Shown piece by piece: positions 50,401 to 62,413 of a stretch of DNA of 64,000 nt. The position numbers were made by a program, and so were the translations under genes. Source of the DNA: Phoronis australis. Taxonomy: Eukaryota; Animalia; Phoronida. Within the stretch, counting starts at the first letter, position 1. The number at the start of each line of letters is the position of its first letter. A model generated the notes under the pieces. It made no database searches and was not told the origin of the DNA. It worked only from the letters and a program-made list of their open reading frames with translations. The stretch lies in assembly GCA_002633005.1 (NCBI GenBank), contig NMRA01000140.1, positions 124,001-188,000 on the forward strand. Direction: 5' to 3'.

Positions 50401-53400
50401 CATACCATTTATCATTAATTCATCAAAGTTAAGGCAAGACTGTCTCTTTCTCGGTTCTGCAGCAGTTTTATTTGTAGTGTTTTTAAACCCGTTTTTAGTC
50501 GTCTGATTTAGCGCTGTGGTTGTTCTGACCTTGATTTCAACTGTTAGGTCCAGGGACAGAGAGAGGGAACGCGAGAGGGAGCGAGAGCGCCGCAAGAAGG
50601 GTCTTCCACCGATTAAAGAGAAACACCTCAGTGGTAAGTGCTAACAGTTGCATCATCATTACATACACTATTGGTCTACTTACGCCAACCTCTAGCCTTT
50701 TAACATTGGCACGGCGTTTCGGTCAGTCACTTTCCCTGGCCATCTTAGGTGTTACAGCATTTTACATTGGCATGGCATTTCGGTCACTTCTCCGGCCGTC
50801 CTCAGGTGTTACAGTGTTCTTAGAAGAATGAGCATGGATGTATAGTATGTTCATGGTATTTAAGAGGAAGAGGTTGGTGTAAACAGACCAATAGAACTGA
50901 TATTAGTACACTACCACCTCAAAATAGTTTTAGGAAGACACTTCGCTGTAGAGTTGATTACATCATATTTGAACTTGTCCAAATTACTGAACAGTCATCA
51001 AAAGGTTATTCTTCAGGGACAGATTTTGCCATCTAATCTAAATCGGGGCTCCTTAAACGTTGGGGATTTCCAATCTTTCGCTACCTGAATATTCATCATC
51101 ACATGACTTCTACCAAGGCTTTTAAGAGGTTTTTGGTTTTGATTTCCTCTTCTATTTGATTTCCAGCCTCCTTTTCTTATCTCTTTTTTTTATCATTATT
51201 TTCTCTTTATTCATGCAAAGGCGTTTATTTCAGTTAAATTTTACAAACACAAATACTATTTTTCTCACAGAAGCCTATTTGGGGAATGATACATCACCTG
51301 GAAATTTTTCTTTTTTGTCATTGGTCATTCCAAGCTCTGTTCTACGTGTCATTGAAATGTTTTCACTTTTCATTGTGCTTTGTTATTCCCATGGAAACTC
51401 ATCACATTTTGGTGGTTACCCTCGAGTAAATATGTCCACATCTCGCATCGTAGTGTGGGTACTGTGTATTATTTTGGTGTTAATTAGTTTCTTGCTTTGG
51501 GTTCATGTGACGTCATGCTGATAGGGGGTGGGGGGGGGCACTAGCATTCTTCTTTGATATGTACAGATGTTTTATACTTGTCAAATAGCAAAAGATTTTA
51601 TGATGAATGCCAAAGATAATTTGGGTAACATTTGTGAGTGCAAACTGGAATTTTTTTCAGCCATTTGTCTAAGGATAACATTTTCCGAGGTTGTTCCTTA
51701 TATTTTGTGAATGATATTTTGTGATGAACAGTGACCTTTCTACAGTTCTAAAATTTTGGAGTATCTTTCGTACTTGTCACCTTTTGCATGGACGTATAGA
51801 TGTAATTTCTGTAGTTTTTCATTGGTTGGTTTCATTTTGCTTTGAAAGAACACAACTGATCTCTGGCACATTGTTCAGGTGTTGGACTGTGTCTGTAGTC
51901 AGTACACTTGGTAGCCTGTGCTACATTGAGCGCTCAATTTAACTGCAGGCTTCACCAGAACTCAATGGTGAATTCTGTAAGTAATTGAGCTACACACAAG
52001 ATTGATTAGTTGTGACTCACGCCATTACAGTCTACAAAGGTTTTATTGTTTGTATTGTGGTTGTTCAGCTATTGGTTGAGCAGTGTGTGTGTGCACGTGT
52101 GTGTTTGTGTGCTCCATGATTCCTGGGTGGACATGTCATGTGGTTGAGTCAATGAAACTCTGTATATACTTTCCAATTCTTTGCTAATTTACACTCAGGG
52201 GATCATTCTTTGTACATTGCAGTGTGTTCATCTACCTTGTGGATTGGTCACCTCAACCGCGTGACCTCAGAACATGACCTGAGAGGAGAGCTTGAAAAAT
52301 ATGGCCCTGTCAAGTCCATCAATGTAAGTTTTTTTTCTGGTGTGTGGTGCTTCTGTAGAAATGGTTGTGACAGTTTCTAATGTGATGTCTACGATTCTTA
52401 GACGTTTCTGAAACGATCAGAATTTGACCTGTGATTGTTGTCCTTGAGTGGTAAGCTACTAGAGATATCTGGAACTTTGTTGTTGTCGGAAGTTTGATTT
52501 CAGAAGGAAAATCCTTTATCAAGCACTTGGCTCACACCAGCACCGGGGATCAGAAGGGGACAATGTGTTTTGTGTAAATGTTAAGACGCCTAAGGTTTCA
52601 ACTGGTGTGTAAATAGTGGTGAATTCGTTCTGCACAGTCTAGCTGTTCAAGTTGACCTCACAACTATGGGGTGTTACTTGGTAATCTGTGCCATAGAAAC
52701 GCTTTGTAAACTACAGGGTGGTCAGAAGTGGTCTCGTCTGTAACAAAGCAGTGCTACACTAAATACAGTACAAGTCAAAAGTATTCAAACAAAGTGACCC
52801 TGAATATCCGTCATGACGAGCAGGTAGAAGTTGGAATTCTTCGTCAGAGTAGTCTCCCCTGATGACGGAGAATGAAGGGGAATTGACGGGATAGTTAGTA
52901 TGGTGGCCGAGTCATTCTGTAATTAGAATTTGCCGCCCTAGTAGTTATTACCAGTCATTTTCGCTGTTAACAGAACTAGCCGTCATGACAGAGAACCGTT
53001 ACTTTGTCAGATTACTTTTGTCTTGTCACTTTACATGTCCTATTGTAATTAATTCCGTTCAGTCGTGTATAGCTCATCGTCACTGGCTTGCAGTCATTGT
53101 TGTTCTGTTGTTGGTCTGCAGTTGGAGATCTGCAGTCCAGGTCATCAGGTGTAGCATTGGTGGTACTGATGGTCATTGGAACTGGTCCATTTCAACCTTA
53201 TTTTGATATGCAGATTATTCCGCCGAGAGGCTGTGCATTTGTGGGCATGACCAAGCGTAAAGATGCGGCGCGGGCGCTGGACAAACTGAAGAGGGGCGTC
53301 AAGCTGCAGGGCAATGAGCTCAAGGTAAGTGGGGCGGGGAAATTTGAGAAGTGTACACAATTGCAGGTATTTCATCCATTGCGCTGCTGCTGGAACGGCA

Positions 53401-56400
53401 TTTTGGAACGGTTGTCATCTGATAAATAGTCCGCATTTTCTGTGGTGATTTATTTCAGCGTGATCAAATGACGAGTGCAAATCTACATATTAATCCGATG
53501 CACTTTGAGGCTCACTGCCAATCTTGTATGATGGTTGTTTATAGTTGTACTCACACCAAAAAGCATGTTCCGTTGTATCTGTGCTTTCAATAACATTGAG
53601 TTTAAGTAACAATTGCAGTTTTCCTACATTTATTACACATCACAAAGTTATCTGTGATGTCGCCGGGTGTTTACGAGCCAATAACTGTCCCATAATGTAT
53701 TTCGAACACTACGTTAGCGCCAGCTACTAATTGAGTAAGCATTGAGCCGTAGATGAAATTCCAAAATTGGGTAGTTTTGTCTCTTGTCTCCACTGTGTTC
53801 TGACTTGGTTTGTGAAAGGCAGTGCTGGTGGTATTTCGTATGTGTTAAGGTGAGTCATGGGTAGCGCTGTTCAACACTGTTGTGGTCAACTTTGCCAAAG
53901 ACATTTCGAAACTGTACGTGCTGTTGCCAATGTTAAGACTGTTTTGTGCCTGGTTTTGCAAGGGTACTGCAGGTGTCACTACTGGTTTGATGTGTCTGCT
54001 GCAGTTTTTTTTTTCAGGTTATTGCCTTTGAAGCAATGTATCTCTGTCAAAGTGTTTTCTAAAAATGCTTGGTGTTTTGTGTCAAGTGTCCATGTTTGTG
54101 GTGTATGACTGCGTTAGAAAATTACCGTCTTTGGTGATGGCATTTACAGGTTGCCTGGGCAACAGGTGCTGGGGTCAAGGACAAGAAGTTTAAGGATTGG
54201 TGGGACGTGGAGCTCGGTGTGACCTACATACCCCATAGTAAGATAGAAGATGACTTGAACGAACTGAGTGAGGGAGGAATGATAGATGAAGACACGGTAC
54301 CTGAGCATCTGAAAGGTAGGTACACCTGTGTAGGCATTGTAGTGCAGGTATAGAAGGTTCTGTTGCCATGGCATGGTTCAGTATTTTATTTCAGCGTCTG
54401 GTAGTATTGTTTGACTATGAAAAGTGAAGTTTTGTTGTATTTTTGGGGATTACTGTATGGATTTGGCCCTGAAGGTCCAGTTCTAAGCTTTTTTAAATGT
54501 ATTAAGTTGTACTTGCAAGTTTGACAAAAAACGTATACAGGTAAGTGTAGAAAGAAGAAATCTTGTTTCATGCAATTACTAACTTGGTACACATTGAGTA
54601 GACAATAAAAGTGGGTCCCTTAATGTAAAAATGAGTGTAAAAACTGGTTAAAAGCATTTTATATACACTGTTATACTTATTTGATTATGCATACTAAAGT
54701 TATAAGTCAATTGAATTAACATGTCAGTTACTGGGAAATTTCCATCTTAAACTCAGTTGTAAAAAGTTTTCACAATTGAGTTCAAGATGGAAATTTCACA
54801 GAAAAGTTGTGTAAGATCAAATATGAATATTATAAATATTTAGTCCGATCCCAATCAGGGCCAAATCTCATTATTAGTGGCGAATCATAGCTTTTGATGT
54901 GTCATGACATCACACCAAATTTGAGTATATCAGTGGGCGAACTGTGACCTCTGCAAGGAGCAAAATCATCATGGCCGCCAGCATTTCGAACTTTTATTGG
55001 GATTTTGTTTTTTGTTGAGGCGACATTTTTGGTAAATTACAATTAATGTGCCGCTGAAAGTAGATAGTTTCCTGTGTAAAGTACACCTTTGCAAGTTCAT
55101 TTGTCTTGTTTTAGAGTCATTGGAGTAGAATTTTCTTGGTGTACGCTTATATTTAAAACTCACTGTGCTTTCTTGCGTATCTGCATGTTGTGGGTCACAT
55201 GTTTCCGTGAACTTTACAGCCTCAAGAGTCATAGTGATTGATGATGATGAGGATGTTGTTATGGACAGCCAGCAATCAGGGGCAGTGTCTTCAATCCCTG
55301 ACCCCCCAGCTCAGCCCCCCACCTCACAGCCGGCCTACAGCCAACCCCCACTCCCTGGTGAGTAAGTGAGGCTCCTTGTTCCAGAACTGCTCTTTGATGT
55401 TCTGTGTTTTATTTGATCAGCACTGTCTGAAAGCTCAGTTCAGTTCAGAGCTGTGTGTTACGCTTGTAAGTAGAGGAACAATTCAACTCATGGCTTGGTA
55501 TGCTGAACAAGTAAAACTTCATTTTGTCAAATTCCTTAATACATAATGTCAGGTCTGTGTTAGCATTGTTTGTACAACACATTTTTCATCTGACAATAAT
55601 TGATGAACTTTGTCCTTTTGGAGCATAGTGTAAAGATTTAAACAAGTGAAAAACTGTATTTCAACAAGTATTTTGTCCTAAATTGGAGAGCTTGTACCGT
55701 GATTGCATCATTAACTCCATACGACAGAAATGAGTATTGTTTGTAATGAGACAATCAAAGTAAATAAAAACAAATATTTGTGGGCCAAACATTGAGTTCA
55801 TTCATGCAACACTTGTTCTTGCAGGGATGGTACCCATGATGCCGGCTGGTATGCCCCCCGGCACAGTGGGTATGATGCCCCCATTTATGATGGGCCAGCC
55901 TGTCCCAGGCATGACCATGGGCCAAGGTGCCCCTCCAGGCTTTTCCCATCTGCTGCGTGGACAGGCGCCAATCATGCCTGGAGCTCCTCCCCCTCCCATA
56001 ACTCCACCTGTGTCGAGCCAACCACCCACTGTAACACAGGTTTGTAATTTTGTTTTTATGTGCCTCCTGTGTTCTTGCAGGCATGATGTGCAATAATTTC
56101 TGGATGGTTATTCGCAAAATTTTGCAAATATGTTCCTATCATGGCTGGTAAAGTAGGAGCATATTTGCCAGTTTGCTCTTTGGTGGCGGTTTTAGTTTTT
56201 ATGTTGGTCTCTGTATCTTTGGACTTTGTATCAGGAATTTCATTAAGTTTGGCAGAGGTATCTATCAGGGGAAACGATGCCACGTTTCCGTTTTCGTATG
56301 GATTCATTGTTGTTGCCCCACCTCATGGCCAAACCACTCTCAAGATCATTATGAATAGTGACATTTATGTTCTTTCTGTGAACAGCGCAGCTGGCGATTA

Positions 56401-59400
56401 TTTTCAGACCTCTCCAACAACTGGTGTTCTCTAGTATTGCAGTTTTTTTAGTCTGTAGCGGTATCCCCTAAACCCTCTGCAGGATCTTTGTTAAATTTGG
56501 CAAATGTATTTCTATGAAGGCGATAGCGGGTGATGATGACTTTTGGATGTGTCCAACTACGTCCCAATTTGATTTTTTCCATTTTGCTCTGTCTGTTTGG
56601 AGTCCCTTGATGGATTTTCATGCAATTTGGCAAATATGTTTCTATTAACGACGTAATGACTCCTTTTTATTTTCAGATGGGTGTGACGTAATGTATGCCA
56701 TATAGTGGCCATTTTCATCACTTTGTCGGATTTTGACATCCGCCTCTCTATGAGCCAATCATGAAAATTAGCATGTGTTCTGCAGGTTTCAATCTAATTT
56801 CGGTACCGAAAATTTGCATGTTGTAATCTCTCACTTGTGCTGTCTTGTTGCAGACGTCGGCTCCGCCCCCTCAGCCACCACCCACCAGCGCACCTGTCAT
56901 CATGATGCCTCCTAGCACCAATCAGAACACACAACTAGCTCAAGCCATTGAGAACATCATGTCTAACTCAGCAGCCATCTCGGCCGTGGCTGCACAAGGA
57001 GCCATGGGCATGATGAGACCAGGTGAGTGGTACAGCCAGAGGTGGAGTTATGAAAACTAGTTAACGACATTTCCCACTTACAGATTATGTAATGCGCTCG
57101 AATAATGTTTACTTTACTATCCACGTTTTCTCAAGTAGTCGGTGTATTTCAGGCAAGGTTTTTTGCACCCACAAAAATTTGTGGTTGCATATAGTCAGCA
57201 TCCCGTCTGCCTGTTGTCTGTTGATTATCGCAAAAAAGTGCTTGACAGCTCATCGTGGAATTTGACACCAAGTTATATGCACGGTTGTGATGTCACCAGA
57301 TGATTCTTAGACGGCTTCCTGCACCGTGACGTCCGCTGATGTCCATTCTAGTTTTCAATAAAAAATTCTTTTACATCAGTTCCTGGTGAAACCTGTTTCC
57401 TGCACAGAGTCGTCTCTGCAATGCTCCACCATCATTTGATTTTTTCGACTGCAGTGGCATACCTTCTTGGCCATTACGTTTTTTGCTAGAAAATAGTTGT
57501 GTGCCAGTTTTTGATAAAGTGACATGAAAATTTTTCCCAAAATTTTGCTACATAATTACGTGGTGGGAATGTTTGGCCACCAGTTACTTTGCGGGTAGAA
57601 TTCGACTACTCTAGCACTGCTTTTGTAGAGAGAATTTCCTTGTCTGCCCATTACTGTCTCAACAGCTTGACTGATTTTGATGAAAGTTGACACAACGGGT
57701 TATAGTTTTTGACTAGATATTGCTTATCTGTCCATTAATGTTGAAATGCCTCCAGAGATTTTGGCCGAGACTAATCGAACTTTTGCCCAAATTTGTCTGC
57801 AGTAGTGCCCTCTGTTGGCCTTTTAATTTTTGGCTAAATGTCTATGGCGTGCCAGGTTTTGGTGGAACGTGACACAAAGATTTATGAGTGTGTACAGGCA
57901 GCAGATAAATTGCAAATGGATTTAACTACTCCTGTTGGTCAGTTTGTCCCTTGATTATTGTCACAACGACATGACAAATTTCGATGAAACAATATATACG
58001 TTTTTGTTGGGAATGTGCTTGCTCCAGTTGATCCTTGGAGATATTGAAGCGCCCCCTATTTGTGATTTCAGCTTTTGACAAGATCCTGTTTGTTCATTGA
58101 TTGTTGTCATACTGACTCGAGATTTTTTAACAGATCGTGATAGAATTTGACAGACACGTGTTGATTTTGAACCTTGATATTTTAATGGTCAAGGTAGTAT
58201 TAATTCTATTACATGAAACATCCCTTGAAGCATACTGTTTGCGATGCAGTCGTGGGTGCATTTATCTTGTTAACGATTTGTACGGCCAGCCGTATAAATC
58301 TTCCAATCATTTACAAAGTGCACTTCTTCATAAACAATATTACATGGAATTTTTGTATAAATTGACAAAAGAGCCACTGTATGTACATATACATAGACAT
58401 AACTGCAATGATAATATGATAAATGCCTGCAGTCTGGTACACATTGCTGCTCAGGTGGGCCCCATTGCACTGATCACCTGGAGCCATTTTGTGCTTTATT
58501 ATTACTTATTATATGCGGAGCTGGAACCTGACTGAAGGGTCTAGCGGTGTGCCCGAGTGGGACTCGAATCCACGATTTTGAGTTAAGGAAGCGGACACTC
58601 ATTTCACTAGGCCACACTGCCTCCTCTTCATATATACGTGTATAAATATTACATGAAAACTGAATTAGGTGGGTAGACTGTTATCGACAGACATGAAAGG
58701 AAGCACTTTGTACTATAGAAAGGGATTGAAAGTTCATATTTGATTAACATGAGAACCAAATTTTGTAAGGGCTGGCTAACCTTGTCAAATGTGGTGTCGT
58801 TACGAGATGTTAACTAGCAGGGAGTACTTGTGTGCTTTTAAAAATATCAATAGTTTTGAATGATTCGTAACCTGATATCCTTTATGAAGTCACTTGCAAT
58901 CTTTCTTGCTCCCTAGGTATGTTACCAGTGAGGGCTGGTATGTTGCCAGGCATGCGTGCTCAGCTGGATATGTCGCATCCCCCTCCCCCTCAGACAAGGA
59001 TGAGCCTGATGCAACAGGGACCTCCAAACAGTAGTCAAGGGGCCACCAAGATGATGCCTATCAAACTGGCCTCCGACTGGGGTGCCAAGTTGAGACCCAA
59101 CTCTACAGAAATGCCAGATGTTGAAATGAAGGACAGTTTCAATTCAGCCAGTCAGCAGCCACCGCCGCCGCAGCAGCAACCGTCCTTGACGAGGCCACAA
59201 GGTGGAGCTGGGATCCTGGGAGGACCACCTATGCAGTTCTTGGGTCGAGGCATGCCACAGATGGGAGGACCGCGTGGCCCTCCGGGAGATATGCTTCGAT
59301 TTGCAGGTGGACCTAGAGGACCAATGGACCTTCTGCAGCGCTTGCCAGGCAACTTCATGGGTAGACTTCCACCAGGCTTCCCACCCCAACACGGTCCGCC

Positions 59401-60571
59401 ACGCCCTGGCTTTGGAGGATTGCCTCCCATGCCTGGTCAGCCAAACCAGAGAATGCCTGGCCAAGGCATACCACCACGGCATGGCATGCCAGTACAAGGC
59501 CAGCCTGGCAGTAATCAACCTCCGCAGCGTGGAGGCGGTAATGAAGGCTTTTTTAACCGTGACGGAAACTTTCCTGGTCAAGGTGGAAATCGTCCACCCT
59601 GGGGGCCAAACAGAAATGAGAGAGACCTTGATGAGAGAGAGGTTCATGGCAGTCATGATAGAGATGAGAGACGCAACCATCGTGGAGATAGGGATGATAG
59701 CCGTGGTGGAAGGGGTGACAGGGATGATAGCCGTGGTGGAAGGGGTGACAGGGATGATCGCAGTGATCGTGACCGTGACCGTGACCGCAGGGGAAGTAGA
59801 GAGTTCAAGGGAGATCGGGATGAGCGGCGTGGGGACAGAGATGACAGAGACGACCAGCAGGAGAGGAGTCGCAGGGACAGTGGACAGGACAGGTTCAGGC
59901 ATGGTAACTCACATGACCAGCGCAGCAGGAGTGGAGGTCGGAGGTCACGGTGGGGAGGTGAACAAGAGGATGGCAACCCTAACAGGATGCCGCTGGCTTT
60001 TGACAGAACCAAGATGGCGGGAGGCGGGGAGAGTAAACCTGACGTGAGTGAAATGTTGGCTAGCTGGAGTGCCAAGCATATACGTCCCGAGGAAGAGACA
60101 ACAGGAGGCGCTGCGGTCAGCAGTATACCATCTTTGTTTGATGTGCCCACACCAGCTGTGAATACGGACACTTCTAATGAGAAGGCTTCTACACAAGAGG
60201 AAGCACGCAAAGGACAACCGATCGAGCCACAACTGGTTCAACCTGTGAGTGAGCCTCCTGTTGGCGAACCGCATGTGGTTCCGCCGGTGACTGAGACATC
60301 TGTGCAGGATAGCAGTGCACCAACAACAAAGGGTGCTGTTTTACCAGTGGCTGACAGCGTCGAATCTGCTGAACCAAATGTCGCGACGCCAGTGACTGAA
60401 TTGTTGAATAACGGGGAGAAATCCAGAAATGGTCCGGCTGAGGCAGGCGATGGCCTAGAGGCCAGTGGTCAGTCTGGGATGGAAGAGGCAGTTGTGGATG
60501 ACCAACCTGCCAATGTGGAGGGTGTAACCGCTGTGAAACAGGGAGATGCAGTGGACATGTTCGCGGACTGA
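38454..60571 (+). CDS. SCAF4: SR-related CTD-associated factor SCAF4/SCAF8 (CID, RS region, RRM, Pro/Gly- and RD-rich tail), about 1301 aa, 17 exons
   Basis: Exons 38454-38483, 42048-42176, 43113-43274, 44413-44530, 44952-45103, 45974-46293, 47952-48129, 48845-48927, 49952-50044, 50548-50633, 52223-52323, 53214-53324, 54150-54315, 55220-55357, 55825-56039, 56854-57022, 58917-60571; 3906 nt, phases consistent. CID MEAVRAFNNEL...KAIKFYKHVVQSVEKFIQKCRPEFKVPGLYVIDSIVRQSRHQFG; RRM VCSSTLWIGHL...IIPPRGCAFVGM...VAWATG. Probably the single pro-orthologue of vertebrate SCAF4 and SCAF8. Confidence 0.94.
40591..41023. mobile_element. hAT-type MITE with perfect 8-bp target-site duplication
   Basis: CTCCTCAA|CAGGCCTTT...AAAGGCCTG|CTCCTCAA, with internal repeated TGGACGCCC motifs. 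Confidence 0.85.
43716..44034. mobile_element. MITE with CAG(G/T)GG(T/C)GGAT termini and 5-bp direct flanks
   Basis: AGAAC|CAGGGGTGGATCCAGG...CCTAAATCCGCCACTG|AGAAC. Confidence 0.7.
46808..46939 (+). ncRNA. Candidate intronic box H/ACA snoRNA, copy 1 (SCAF4/8 intron 6)
   Basis: 132 nt with two hairpins carrying internal pockets (gcaca/tgtgc plus caggtgt/acacttg; gctcaatt/agttgagc plus tgcag/ctgta). Hinge ACATTG is an imperfect H box, and ACA lies 3 nt from the end. Near-identical copy at 51866-51997. Confidence 0.6.
47778..47862 (-). mobile_element. tRNA-derived SINE head, copy B
   Basis: The reverse complement GGAGACAATGTGGGTCAATGG...GGGTTCGAATCC...CACTGGCTGACAATC is homologous to 9496-9580. 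Confidence 0.65.
48112..48322 (+). repeat. 46-47-bp tandem repeat (about 4.5 copies) spanning the SCAF exon 7 splice donor
   Basis: Unit approximately atagagcagtctgaggaggtgggtaactatagcaacggcttgtgtaa. The first unit includes the exon end (EQSEE|gt). Confidence 0.9.
50703..50821. repeat. Diverged tandem duplication of about 60 bp
   Basis: acattggcacggcgtttcggtca...aggtgttacag occurs twice. Confidence 0.7.
51866..51997 (+). ncRNA. Candidate intronic box H/ACA snoRNA, copy 2 (SCAF4/8 intron 10)
   Basis: Paralogue of 46808-46939. Similarity begins and ends at the predicted RNA boundaries, and substitutions keep or improve pairing (gctcaatt/aattgagc; ttcacca/tggtgaa). Confidence 0.6.
56090..56740 (-). 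mobile_element. Degenerate fragment of the same HINE-like family (SCAF intron 15)
   Basis: 56460-56510 (ggtatcccctaaaccctctgcaggatctttgttaaatttggcaaatgtattt) is an approximate reverse complement of the core repeat at about 12915-12965. Boundaries approximate. Confidence 0.6.
57160..58150 (-). mobile_element. Degenerate HINE-like element, reverse orientation (SCAF intron 16)
   Basis: Begins with stem-loop tgcacccacaaa-aa-tttgtggttgca and a decayed (cgtc/tgtc) microsatellite mirroring the 3' end of 12272-13925, followed by diverged core repeats. Confidence 0.55.
58546..58624 (-). mobile_element. tRNA-derived SINE head or tRNA pseudogene
   Basis: The minus strand GGCAGTGTGGCCTAGTG...GGATTCGAGTCCCACTCGGG has A and B boxes, but the cloverleaf is not intact. 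Confidence 0.5.
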
Positions 60572-62413
60572 ACTGCTGTAGTGAACTTGAAATTGTTTGG
60601 ACACCAAGGACAGGGGTGTTCAGCACAAACTAGAAGTCTTTCATGCATATTGTACTATCTCTTTTCCTCAACAATTTATTGTCAGTTCTACTTGTTGTCT
60701 GAATGTACATCGCGAATTCTGTTAGGAAGCATCTCCACAATGCTAGACGTTGCGAGTTCTAGATCAGATTATACTCAGGACTGTAATGTTGGTGCGTTTT
60801 GTGACATTGACAAGTATTGATGTTGAGCTGTTCGTCAGCATTTTTAGGAAAATAAATTATTTTTTTAAATTTTCGTAATTTTGTGTTCATATTTTGTAGT
60901 ACATTTGCATGAGTTTTTAGTTAAGTGTTGAACTTCCCAGCTGGACATGTCTGTTTGTTCCATCAAGGAACGACTACGTAGACAAATTTCCTTGAGTGTA
61001 GATTTTATTTACAAAATTCTCACGGTTAATGAAATTTGTTGGGCGCAAGTGTTGACTTCTATTCAATTTTGCCCCATCTTTTTGCAAGTGTTTTTATTCA
61101 GCTAGTTGACCAGTTAAATAGTATCGTTTGAGTGTAGTTTAGGAAGCAGGTAGGTTGTCTTGCAAGACCAAGCCTGAAGCCTGAAGAGAAGACACATTCA
61201 AGGAACAAGAGTATGAATGGACAGTGAAATTGAAGAAAACGGACTATTACGCAGTGGGCCTGTGTTCAATTGGGCACAGTGTTCCTGAGGTATGTGCACC
61301 ACTAATTCAACCCGTGGCATATGGTAGCACACTTGGCTCGAGAGTTGACATGTATCGGAAAATTCTTATAGCCATATTAAGCAGTTGAACTTGTGGTGTT
61401 GATTTTTCATGTTGTTAACTGTGTTTAAGGGATGACACACCTGCACTGTTAAAAAAACTGTAGATAAGTACCAAGTAGTGGAACCAAATGCTTTGACCTT
61501 TGGTCTGTTGAAAACTTTTTAAGAAAAGATGACTGTATTCCACGAGAAGAAATGATGCATAATGAAATTTGTGCAGAGAAAGTATGTGGTCTGTCCAGTG
61601 CAGTTGTGTCGATACTATGAAGCAATGGTGGCAATGAATAATGTAGACTAGAGGTTTTCCAGTCTACTGAATTTTCGGGTTCGACTGTGTGCACTAGAGA
61701 TGCATAAACATGAAAAGGCTCTTTCATTTATAGTAACAAGTGCTGTGTTACAGTATGTGCCATTGCTACATAGTCTCTTAAAAACTGAATATTGAAGAGT
61801 TAAACAACGGCCAAGATTCCGTATTCACATTTGAAATCGGCTCGCAAACTGGTGCACAACGGTCTGGGTGCACTCGGACTGGCTGGTATCTTGAGGCTTT
61901 GGCTACATACAGCCAATGGGATTCAACATCTCCATTATTCTGAAAATGAGCTCTTGAGCTTACATTAAGATAACAGCTGGCTCTGAAAGTGATAAGATTG
62001 CTTCATTGAAATATTGATCAATGGAGAACCAAGATCTTGCTACTTGCGAGTGTTATAGAATAAGCTTGGTTGTTGAATGAGCCAACATGCACAAAACCAT
62101 GAATTAGTGTATAAAGTAAATGTGATGCAAGTGTTGTGTAAATAAACTATGTGGAAAAATATGGCTCGTTGACAGACGCTTCGTTCTGCAAAGTTTTGCT
62201 GGAAGAACCTAGTTGTAAATTTGCTAAAGACCTACATTTACTTTAGTATGTTGTTTACAAGTAATAATGTGGAAACTTTTCCCTATTCACGTGGGACAAA
62301 GACGAGATGCAAAAGTAGATAAATCTTTTATTCACTCTAAGGAATAACTCCTTTAGACTTTACACAAAATCAATACTACAACAATTCACTGTACACAAAC
62401 GTATGCCTTGGCG

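Noticed and set aside
20689-58624. Functional tRNA genes at 20689, 47778, 58546 (and 9496)
   Set aside because: A and B boxes are present, but acceptor or anticodon stems do not pair and there is no T-run terminator; treated as SINE heads or pseudogenes.
59144-60626. Long antisense and alternate-frame ORFs (252, 281, 185, 145 aa) over SCAF exon 17
   Set aside because: Shadow ORFs expected from GC-rich low-complexity coding sequence, with no independent motifs.
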